Shown here piece by piece: positions 39,709 to 47,649 of a DNA stretch of 64,000 nucleotides. The notes beneath the pieces are model-generated. The model was not told the origin of the DNA. It did no database searches and saw nothing but the letters and a program-made list of their open reading frames with translations. The translations under genes were made by a program, and so were the position numbers. Positions within the stretch are counted from its first letter, which is position 1; the number at the start of each line of letters is the position of its first letter. Origin of the DNA: Cenarchaeum sp. (GTDB lineage Archaea > Thermoproteota > Nitrososphaeria > Nitrososphaerales > Nitrosopumilaceae); assembly GCA_965206845.1 (NCBI GenBank), contig OZ242221.1:896001-960000 (forward strand). The letters run 5' to 3'.

Positions 39709-40863
39709 GTGTCATCTGGAACCCCACACATACTCGTGCTGGGGGGCGGGTTTGGCGGACTGTCCGTGGCAACAGAGATACGCAAAAGACTGCCGCCGTC
39801 GCGGGCCAAGATCACCGTCATAGACAAGAAGGACTGGTTCATGGTGGGCTTTGCAAAGCTGTGGATCATCCGGGGAACCAGGACGTTTGAGGAATCAGTC
39901 GGCTCGCTCCACAGGCTGACAAGAAACGGGATCAGCTTTGTCAAGGCAGAGATCGAGGTAATCGATCCGGAGAAGAGGGAGGTAGCTACCTCCCAAGGCG
40001 GGTTTACATACGACTATCTTGTTGTTGCGATGGGAGCCAGGCTGGCCCCGCAAAAAATTCCCGGCCTGGTCGAGAACGGGCTGAACCTGTACGATCACGA
40101 TCATCTGGAAGCCATAAGGGAGAAGCTGACCGACATCACATCCGGAAGCGTTGCCATTGCCATAATGGGCATGCCCTACAAGTGCCCCCCGGCCCCCTTT
40201 GAGGCCGGTCTGCTAGTCGACTCGCTGCTGAGGGAGGCGGGAACCCGGGACACGGTCCAGATACACCTCTACAGCCCCGCCCCGCTTACCCTGCCCGCCG
40301 CTGGCCCCGCCGTGAGCCGGAAGGTTCTGGAGATGGTGCAGGCAGAGGGTATCGAGTTCCACCCCTCCTGCAGGGTAAGGTCGGTGCGGCGCAACAGGAT
40401 GGAGTTTGAAGAAGGCGGCGCGGACTTTGAACTGTTGCTGTCGATCCCGCCGCACATCGCGCCACAGGTGATCTACGATGCCGGACTGGCAGAGGAGGGA
40501 GGATTCATCACCATAAACCGAGACTGCCAGACGCCGTACGGGCGCGTGTACGCCATAGGGGACGTTACCAGTATGCCTGCAGGCGGCTCCATGGCGGTTC
40601 CCAAGGCCGGCGTATTTGCAGAGGGCCAGGGCCTGACTGTCGCCCGGAGTATAGTTGCCGGAATTGAGTCCAGGCAGGAGGAGTCCATATTTGACGGTAG
40701 GGGCGCGTGCTTCCTTGAGTCGGGCAGGGGTACGGCATCTCTGGTGGAGGTTGACATGTTCTCAGGCGACCGCCCCACCACCAAGCTGACCGCTGCGTCC
40801 AGGGACACCCTGGAGGAGAAGCTGGCATTTGAGAGGGACCGGCTCAGCAGGTGGCTCGGCTAG
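39709..40863 (+). CDS. Sulfide:quinone oxidoreductase-like FAD oxidoreductase
   Basis: GGGFGG, YKCPPAPFE, AIGDV, PKAGVFA, ACFLESG. Confidence 0.8.
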   Translation: MSSGTPHILVLGGGFGGLSVATEIRKRLPPSRAKITVIDKKDWFMVGFAKLWIIRGTRTFEESVGSLHRLTRNGISFVKAEIEVIDPEKREVATSQGGFTYDYLVVAMGARLAPQKIPGLVENGLNLYDHDHLEAIREKLTDITSGSVAIAIMGMPYKCPPAPFEAGLLVDSLLREAGTRDTVQIHLYSPAPLTLPAAGPAVSRKVLEMVQAEGIEFHPSCRVRSVRRNRMEFEEGGADFELLLSIPPHIAPQVIYDAGLAEEGGFITINRDCQTPYGRVYAIGDVTSMPAGGSMAVPKAGVFAEGQGLTVARSIVAGIESRQEESIFDGRGACFLESGRGTASLVEVDMFSGDRPTTKLTAASRDTLEEKLAFERDRLSRWLG

Positions 40864-41069
40864 GCTTCCTCTTCCTTCTTCCGTGTCATGTGTTCCAGCA
40901 GTGCCTTTATCTCGATGCCCAAGTTTTGCGGATCCCCGGCCATGCCCAGCTTTTCTGGCAGCTTCTGCTTCCACTCCTCGCCGCCCATCTCTACCCGCCT
41001 CTTCTGAACGCAGTCCAAGTGATCCTCGCCGTTCCCGGATATTCTGTGGCATATCGAGCAGATCTTCAT
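40860..41069 (-). CDS. Small Cys/His (Zn-finger-like) hypothetical protein
   Basis: MKICSICH..DHLDC. Confidence 0.65.
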   Translation of the reverse strand: MKICSICHRISGNGEDHLDCVQKRRVEMGGEEWKQKLPEKLGMAGDPQNLGIEIKALLEHMTRKKEEEA

Positions 41070-41122
41070 ACGTATACGACAGAACACTACGATTTAATAA
41101 TTTCATCTTCAGACCACCACTG

Positions 41123-41200
41123 GGGACCGTCGTCTAGCTTGGCCATGATGCTAGCCTGGGGTGCTAGAGGTCGCAGGTTCAAATCCTGCCGGTCCCACCA
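41123..41200 (+). tRNA. tRNA-Pro(GGG), intronless, CCA encoded
   Basis: Acceptor GGGACCG/CGGTCCC, anticodon arm CTAGC-CTGGGGT-GCTAG, T arm GCAGG-TTCAAAT-CCTGC. Confidence 0.96.
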
Positions 41201-41333
41201 TCTGGGTTCTTGTGTATGACTGGCGCTCTGCGGTGGTTGCGGCGATGCACATCTGGGAACGGGCTCGCCAGAATCCGGGTACGGCACACGGCCGGTCTGA
41301 AGGGACATATACAGGCGACAGCTCTGCCGGGAT

Positions 41334-41852
41334 CTACTCAAAGAGGCCCCGTGATCTCAGGCTGTCCTTGATCTTGGTTACAGTCTCCTGAAGGGTCTCG
41401 TGCTCCGTGTCAAGCAACATGTCGGGGCTGTCCGGCTCCTCGTACGGGTCATCAATGCCGGTAAACTTGGTTATCTCGCCCCTTCTGGCCTTGGCGTACA
41501 TTCCCTTTACGTCGCGCTTCTCGCACTCCGCAAGAGAGCACCTCACATACACCTCAAGGAACTGCTCCCCTTGGTCTATGATGCCCCTAGCGTCGCTCCT
41601 GTTCTCCTTGTAGGGGGATATCAGCGATACCGCGCTGGGAACACCATGCCTGAGCAGAAGCTTTGCCAGGTGGGCCACCTTTCTGTTGTGCTCGTCTCGT
41701 CCATTCTTTGTAAAGTCCTTGGGTGAGAACCACTCGCGGAGCTCGTCCCCGTCCAGCATGGCCAGATTCGGCACATCCTTCCGAAGTTCCCGAACCAGCG
41801 TGGACTTGCCAGAGCACGGCAGACCCGTCATCCACAGCACAAACGGCTTCAT
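41334..41852 (-). CDS. cysC: Adenylyl-sulfate kinase
   Basis: WMTGLPCSGKST, LDGDELR, RDVKGMY, FTGIDDPYEEP. Confidence 0.95.
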   Translation of the reverse strand: MKPFVLWMTGLPCSGKSTLVRELRKDVPNLAMLDGDELREWFSPKDFTKNGRDEHNRKVAHLAKLLLRHGVPSAVSLISPYKENRSDARGIIDQGEQFLEVYVRCSLAECEKRDVKGMYAKARRGEITKFTGIDDPYEEPDSPDMLLDTEHETLQETVTKIKDSLRSRGLFE

Positions 41853-41877
41853 CACAACGGGAACCCGGCTGCGCGTA

Positions 41878-42426
41878 TTAAGAGCTTTCTGAACACCACG
41901 GCTGCCGCTCAAGGCGGTCTATCTCCCGCACCATCGCGTCCATCTTTCTGGAGACGGCCACCACAGCACGAAACTGCTCGTACATCTCCCGCTCCTCCTC
42001 GGGCTGGAGGACGGACTCTGAGGCCGCATCAAAGAACGCATCCTCCTTTGACAGGTGGTCTGCCAGGTATATCGAGTAGGTTCTCAGAAACCGGGCCACG
42101 GGCTCTCTGGAGTCGTGTCCCTGCCCCCATCGGTTCAGGTGTATCGTTATGCTCCTAGCTATCCTTCTGCCGAACTCGTGCTCGATCATGAACTTTCTGA
42201 TCTCCTCCTGCAGGGTGCCGTACCCGGCAACGCAGGCAAAGTACGAGTTCTCCTCCCGCGAGTAGTGTACCGCATCCAAAAACTCTGCGATGACGACGGT
42301 AATTCTGCGTATGTCCTCCAGCGGGACATCCCCGCCTGCATACAGCCTCCTCTGGCAGACATCTACAACCTTTCCCAGCCTGCGAATCTGCCGGTGATCC
42401 TCCCTCAGAGTGTCGGTGGCGCTCAA
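41878..42426 (-). CDS. Hemerythrin/HHE domain protein
   Basis: REDH, HYSREE, IEHE, DHLSKED; TTG start inferred. Confidence 0.85.
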   Translation of the reverse strand: MSATDTLREDHRQIRRLGKVVDVCQRRLYAGGDVPLEDIRRITVVIAEFLDAVHYSREENSYFACVAGYGTLQEEIRKFMIEHEFGRRIARSITIHLNRWGQGHDSREPVARFLRTYSIYLADHLSKEDAFFDAASESVLQPEEEREMYEQFRAVVAVSRKMDAMVREIDRLERQPWCSESS

Positions 42427-42476
42427 CAGTGCCCGTTGATCCGGCCGGTTTATTTCATTTTGCCGGGGAGGCGGGC

Positions 42477-42608
42477 CTAGAGGAGCTCTTCCTGCTGGTC
42501 CGAGCACGCCGCATGGACCCACTTGCCGCCGGAGTTCTTTGAGATCTCCTTTCCGCGCCTGATCTCTGCGCCGCACTCGTCACACTTTCCTGCGAATCTG
42601 GCCTTCAA
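42477..42608 (-). CDS. 43-aa zinc-finger microprotein (not in the ORF track)
   Basis: Manual translation MKARFAGKCDECGAEIRRGKEISKNSGGKWVHAACSDQQEELL*; CxxC plus HxxC; TATA-like TTAAAT about 27 bp upstream. Confidence 0.75.
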   Translation of the reverse strand: MKARFAGKCDECGAEIRRGKEISKNSGGKWVHAACSDQQEELL

Positions 42609-42882
42609 GTCATCTTTGTCCAGCTTTCGGCACATTTAACTTGATCCGTGCGCCGATCGGGAATTATATTCTTGAGTGGACTTTCAAGACTTTTTCTGGC
42701 GCTCCGGCGATCCCTCCCACGCTTGGCTCTTGCGTGCCCCCAAGCCGGTTGAATGTGCTGTCATACGAGGCGCAGACATGGGAATAGTCCACAACGCAAC
42801 GACGGTGGACCTCGGCACCGGATACGCGGGGTTCCATGACATGCCCAAGGACTGCCAGAGGGCAAAGAACGACGGGATATCC

Positions 42883-43344
42883 CCGATTCTACTGGCAATT
42901 CTTGCAACACATTGAATCGAGTCGGTTACCGGCATCTTCAGTTCCAGAGACTTGATTCGTAATTAGCGCCCGGGCATAAAATAGCGCAATCTTCGGCATA
43001 ATCACGCAAAATTTGTTTATTTCGAAACACATCTCTGTAAGTGTTGGACGAAAAAGGCTCGATCTTTAATTACGGATCAAGTCCCAGCTCCTTTACCAGC
43101 AGCCTGTAACACCTGGCGATATCCTTGCGCTTGATGTTGGCTGCCTGCTCCACGTCCTTGAGGTTTCTTGGCGTAGCCGTGTCCCTGCATGCGACGTACA
43201 GCGCCGAGGCCATGAGTGCGGAGCTGGATCTTCCCCTGACCAGGCCCTTCTCCAACGCCTTTCTGTATATGTATGCCGCCTTTTCTATCACCGCATCAGA
43301 TATTGCCAGCTTGTCCTTGAGCCTGTTCAGCTCCGAGAACGCCT
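42883..43344 (-). pseudogene. tfb: Partial tfb copy (322 bp matching 43596-43917) split by a MITE
   Basis: 42883-42947 plus 43088-43344 match the intact tfb with 8 mismatches (manual count). Confidence 0.9.
42948..43084. mobile_element. 137-bp MITE
   Basis: 18-bp TIRs AGACTTGATTCGTAATTA / GGACTTGATCCGTAATTA (16/18); 3-bp TSD CAG defined by comparison with the intact tfb. Confidence 0.85.
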
Positions 43345-43366
43345 CACTCAAGAATATAATTCCCCA

Positions 43367-44278
43367 CTAGACGTCCAGCGATTCCTTGAGGCCCTTGTAG
43401 CGGTTCCGTATTGTTACCTCGGTAACGTTGGCCGCCTCGGCAATGTCCCGCTGCGTCTTGTCCTCACCGTTCTTTACGCAGGACAGGTACAGCGCTGCGG
43501 CGGCAAGTCCCATGGGGTCCTTGCCCGCAGAGACCTCGTGCTTCTGGGCCTCCTTGAGCACCTTGATTGCGTACCGCTTTGTCTTTTCGACTATGCCGAT
43601 TCTACTGGCAATTCTTGCAACACATTGGATCGAGTCGGTTACCGGCATCTTCAGATCCAGCTCCTTTACCAGCAGCCTGTAACACCTAGCGATATCCTTG
43701 CGCTTGATGTTGGCTGCCTGCTCCACGTCCTTGAGGTTTCTCGGCGTGGACGTGTCCCTGCATGCGGCGTACAGCGCCGAGGCCATGAGTGCGGAGATGG
43801 ATCTTCCCCTGACCAGGCCCTTCTCCAACGCCTTTCTGTATATGTATGCCGCCTTTTCTATCACCGCATCAGATATTGCCAGCTTGTCCTTGAGCCTGTT
43901 CAGCTCCGAGAACGCCTGCCGGAAGTTACGGTCTACCGGCTCATGTACCTGGCTCCTGCTGTCCCACGTTCTCAGCCTCTCTATGGTGGACTTCATCGAC
44001 GTCGTGAGGGGCCTGCCCGACGCGTCCTTGTTTATCGGGTTTATTATGGTGGCAAGTCCCATGTCGTGCATCGTAAGCGAGGTGGGGGCTCCAGCCCTGG
44101 CACGGTCCCCGCGCTCATCCTGGGTAAACGAGCGCCACTCAGGACCATACTCTTGGAGCTTCTCAGACAGAACGAAACCGCAGTTGGAGCAGAACGTCTC
44201 CCCTGACTCAGTGTCTGTTACCATCTTTCCCTTGGCGCACCTTGGGCACTGCTCCTTGGGATTCTGTTGCTTTACCAT
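43367..44278 (-). CDS. tfb: Transcription initiation factor IIB (conserved type)
   Basis: CPRC..CSNC Zn ribbon, GPEWRSF, HDMGLAT, GKDPMG, VTEVTIRNRY. Confidence 0.97.
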   Translation of the reverse strand: MVKQQNPKEQCPRCAKGKMVTDTESGETFCSNCGFVLSEKLQEYGPEWRSFTQDERGDRARAGAPTSLTMHDMGLATIINPINKDASGRPLTTSMKSTIERLRTWDSRSQVHEPVDRNFRQAFSELNRLKDKLAISDAVIEKAAYIYRKALEKGLVRGRSISALMASALYAACRDTSTPRNLKDVEQAANIKRKDIARCYRLLVKELDLKMPVTDSIQCVARIASRIGIVEKTKRYAIKVLKEAQKHEVSAGKDPMGLAAAALYLSCVKNGEDKTQRDIAEAANVTEVTIRNRYKGLKESLDV

Positions 44279-44456
44279 ATCACCACGATTTTAGGATACT
44301 TGTAATGAGCTTATTTATGAATCAACAACTTTTTGGTTCGAACTGTGCGATTTTGTCAGCCTCGTTCTTGTCCGCCCTGAAAAAGGCGGATCCCACGACT
44401 CCGGCACAATTCCCAAAGGTAGAAAAACCAAGCCTACCAATACCTACTGATCCAGA

Positions 44457-45371
44457 TTGAGAGGCGCGATGATACTGACGGCATTTGCCCTTTCTGCCTG
44501 CTTCTGCGCGGCGTACGGCGAGACGGTAAGGCAGACCATGGAAGGCGGCATGGATGTGGAGATTACCCATGCCGACAGCGTGGTCGCCGGCAGAACATTT
44601 CCCATCACCGTCCTGATCCAGAACAACGGATGGGAGGACAAACAGAATGTCAGCCTGACGTTTGATGCTGGCAGTGCCTTCACACCGGTGCTGGATGACT
44701 CGATTCTGGTACCAATAATGCACCAAGGCGGCTCCTACGGCCGTACGCTAGAGTTTGCGGCTCGCCCCGACGCGTCACCGGGCATACACTTTATCAACGT
44801 GGACTACTCCCAGGTTCTTCTTGCCGGCAACAACGATCCGCAGGAGCCCACCAAAACGAGCATCGCCATACCGATAACGGTGCAGGAGAGGGCCAGGGTG
44901 AGCATACACACCACCATTCCCGAGTCGATCTTCACGGGAGCGGAGTTTCCGGTCACCGTGGAGATCATCTCAGATGACGCGGACATATCTGATGTGGAGC
45001 TGCAGATTCTCCCGCCACAGGACATCCAGTTTCGTGGAGAGACCCTGCACACCTTCTCGTCCATCCAGAAGGGCAGCTCCGTCAGCGTCACCTCCAGAAT
45101 CACAACCCCCGACCAAGAGATAGCAGAGGAGTACCGGGTGCCGTTTCAGATCCATCTGACATACAGCGACGACGCAGGGGATCTGGTTACGGACTCCGAG
45201 ACGGTCTCCACAACGCTGCGGCCTAGGACGTTCATGGAGCTTACTACGGACGGCGGAATATGGGTGGGCAGCTTCTTCATCGCTCCCTATGTCAGCTTGG
45301 GAACACTAATCGGGATCCCCGCAGGGGCGATCTTGACGCTGATAGTCCGAAGAAGGACCGGAAGAAGATGA
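44457..45371 (+). CDS. Secreted, membrane-anchored Ig-like (S-layer/COG1361-like) protein
   Basis: Signal peptide, two beta-rich domains and a C-terminal TM followed by RRR; start may be ATG 44469. Confidence 0.7.
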   Translation: MRGAMILTAFALSACFCAAYGETVRQTMEGGMDVEITHADSVVAGRTFPITVLIQNNGWEDKQNVSLTFDAGSAFTPVLDDSILVPIMHQGGSYGRTLEFAARPDASPGIHFINVDYSQVLLAGNNDPQEPTKTSIAIPITVQERARVSIHTTIPESIFTGAEFPVTVEIISDDADISDVELQILPPQDIQFRGETLHTFSSIQKGSSVSVTSRITTPDQEIAEEYRVPFQIHLTYSDDAGDLVTDSETVSTTLRPRTFMELTTDGGIWVGSFFIAPYVSLGTLIGIPAGAILTLIVRRRTGRR

Positions 45372-46906
45372 GGACTCTGTGGCCGGTTCTGGTGTGCGCC
45401 GTCTTGGCCGTCTCGTTCTCTGCTGCCTACGGGCACGGGGTAGGCTCTGAGGTTCTGGATCCCGTCCAGCTGGGTGACAGGGAGGTTGCACTGGAGATCA
45501 GCTCATCGAGATACGATCCTGACAACCCCGAAAAGGAGATCACCTTCTCCCTTGCCGATGTGGATACCGGCGTTACCGTGCGGGACGTGACCTTTGAGAT
45601 TACGGGGTACAAGGGGGATACCTTCCTGTTTAACGGAACGTTTCGGGCGCCCGACGGGATCTTTGTCTTTGCCCTGCGGCCAGGCGACTCTGAAGAGGTG
45701 ACCCTGGAGAAGGCCGACCGTTCCGGCCTCTTCGGTTCCCTGCTGGGACTAAAGGAGGAGATCATATACGCAGACAGCAAGCTCTTCGGCACCGGCGGGC
45801 TGTACAAGTTTGATGTCAGGATTACCACCGCAGAGTCGTTCTCGAATCAACTGGATCCGCCGATCGAGTACAAGGTCGGCCTCTCTATACCGCAGAAGAC
45901 CTTCTATGAGATCGACGATCCAAACTTTGGCACTACAGAGGTGAGCATCATCACATACTATGACGAGGTTACCGGCTTTCGGTATGACCCGAGCGTCAAC
46001 GGGGTGTCATTTCACATGCCCTTTGACTGGAGCGCAGGGAACATCAACGAGACGGTGGCGGTTCACGAGGAGTTTGCGTTTCCAAAGACCTTTGGCGATC
46101 TCCTGTTTGCCGAGTATTCCGCAAGCGTCAACGGCCTGTCCGTGCCGGGGCGGGTGATTACCGTGGACAGCTTCATGGAGAACCAGACAGTAGTACATGT
46201 AGTGCTGGGCCAGAACGACCTGTTTGATCTGAGCGAGAGGCAGGCAGACGATATAGAGGGTATGGATCTTGTTTTGAGGGCAAAAGAGGGCAGCCCCCGG
46301 GGCACCATAACTGCCAACGGCCAGTTCCAGGTTACCCTTGACTGGGAACCCAAAGACATCCGCTCTGGCCAGGAGACGGTGTTCCACTTCCGCATCAGCG
46401 ATGTGTTCCTGCGGAACACGCCGGTGGCAGTAGATTATGACGTGTCGTTAGTCAGAGACGACATCGTCATCTACTCGGGTACCGGAACAAGTACGGACTC
46501 GCAAGAGCAGCGCAACGAGTTTGTCGTATCCATCCCGGAGAACTCGTCTGGTCCCGTAACGGTGCGCTTTGAGAACTTGGCAGACAACCGCTTTGCCCGA
46601 ACCGCAATACCGATAATAGTTGACAGGGTACAGCCGGAAGTGGCGATTCCCGGGTGGGTAAAGGCCTCCGCCGGGTGGTGGGCTCAGGGTGTGATAGACG
46701 ACCAGACATTTGTTGCCGGCATCGAGTATCTGGTCAGGCAGGAGGTTATACAGGTGTCTGGCATCCAAGAAGCCGGCGACAGTTCGGCGGCAATCCCCGG
46801 GTGGGTAAAGGCCTCCGCCGGGTGGTGGGCTCAGGGTGTGATAGACGACCAGACCTTTGCAAACGGAATAAAGTTCCTGATCGAGGCCGGCATAATATCT
46901 ACCTGA
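45368..46906 (+). CDS. Secreted surface protein with a duplicated C-terminal IPxWVK..AGWW domain
   Basis: Signal peptide ending AYG-H; two IPGWVKASAGWWAQGVIDDQTF repeats of the type common in thaumarchaeal surface proteins. Confidence 0.8.
   Translation: MRTLWPVLVCAVLAVSFSAAYGHGVGSEVLDPVQLGDREVALEISSSRYDPDNPEKEITFSLADVDTGVTVRDVTFEITGYKGDTFLFNGTFRAPDGIFVFALRPGDSEEVTLEKADRSGLFGSLLGLKEEIIYADSKLFGTGGLYKFDVRITTAESFSNQLDPPIEYKVGLSIPQKTFYEIDDPNFGTTEVSIITYYDEVTGFRYDPSVNGVSFHMPFDWSAGNINETVAVHEEFAFPKTFGDLLFAEYSASVNGLSVPGRVITVDSFMENQTVVHVVLGQNDLFDLSERQADDIEGMDLVLRAKEGSPRGTITANGQFQVTLDWEPKDIRSGQETVFHFRISDVFLRNTPVAVDYDVSLVRDDIVIYSGTGTSTDSQEQRNEFVVSIPENSSGPVTVRFENLADNRFARTAIPIIVDRVQPEVAIPGWVKASAGWWAQGVIDDQTFVAGIEYLVRQEVIQVSGIQEAGDSSAAIPGWVKASAGWWAQGVIDDQTFANGIKFLIEAGIIST
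46649..46854 (+). repeat. 59-bp exact intragenic direct repeat
   Basis: 46649-46707 is identical to 46796-46854. Confidence 0.9.
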
Positions 46907-46907
46907 G

Positions 46908-47576
46908 CTATCTTCTTGTTATGGCTATGGCGGCGACGGCTATTCCGATGCCGCCTAGGGCGATTGCCACGTACGTGAGGCTGACACCCTGGCCTGACCT
47001 GGCCGCGTCCTGCACCACATCAAGTTCTTCGCTGATCTCCAAGGTCTGGTTCCTGAGGGCGGCGATCTCCGCCATGATGGCAACCTGCGCCTCAAGGATA
47101 TCTTGGTTCTCTCTCTCTGGAAACTCGATGTACCCCCGCTCGTCCACCTTGGGCGGGTGCATCGACAGGCTGACCACGGTGTCTGAGATCTTGCCCAGCA
47201 CGTTGACTTGGTAAAAGCCTGCCACCGTGGGATCCACAAAGGCATAGTACTTGCCGTCTATATTGTGGTCTGCCCTGAGCGGCAGGGTAATCCTGTCGGT
47301 CTTGTAGACCATCTGGATCTTGAGATCCTTTTCAAGGCCCGCAATTCCGTCATGAAAGCTCTGGGCTCCCGCACATGTGATGGGCTCGACGCCGGGGCAC
47401 TGGACCAGAGGGCTGATGAACAGCTCTATGCCGTTGGTCTCCCCGCTCACCACAGGCTCGTTCATCCAGCCGATCCCAATCCTGTACTTGTCGTCGATGG
47501 CATCAACCGTGTGGGCATGCGCCCCGGACAGCGGGGCAAGCGCCAACGCAAACACCACAAGCATCCAGATGCGCAT
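46908..47576 (-). CDS. Secreted membrane-anchored hypothetical protein
   Basis: Signal peptide AHA-H, IGWMNEP and a C-terminal TM. Confidence 0.75.
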   Translation of the reverse strand: MRIWMLVVFALALAPLSGAHAHTVDAIDDKYRIGIGWMNEPVVSGETNGIELFISPLVQCPGVEPITCAGAQSFHDGIAGLEKDLKIQMVYKTDRITLPLRADHNIDGKYYAFVDPTVAGFYQVNVLGKISDTVVSLSMHPPKVDERGYIEFPERENQDILEAQVAIMAEIAALRNQTLEISEELDVVQDAARSGQGVSLTYVAIALGGIGIAVAAIAITRR

Positions 47577-47649
47577 ACAGCGTGCTTGAACCCCCTTGAT
47601 ATAAAAAATTAGAGTGGTTTTTTTTGCGTTATTTCATTGGGTGTCCCAC

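Larger units (their letters stand above)
42659..43364. mobile_element. Non-autonomous TIR element (IS1595-like ends) carrying a tfb fragment
   Basis: Perfect 20-bp IRs GGGAATTATATTCTTGAGTG (42659-42678) and CACTCAAGAATATAATTCCC (43345-43364); no TSD visible. Confidence 0.7.

Noticed and set aside
41123-41200. tRNA-Pro as the attachment site of an integrated element
   Set aside because: No duplicated tRNA 3' end and no integrase were seen in the window
42676-42882. Short + strand ORF inside the TIR element as a transposase relic
   Set aside because: Only a vague resemblance (TTVDLGTGYAGF) to an IS1595 catalytic region; not supportable without a profile search
42883-43917. tfb duplicate as a diversity-generating retroelement TR/VR pair
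   Set aside because: Mismatches are not confined to adenines of one copy, and there is no reverse transcriptase in the window
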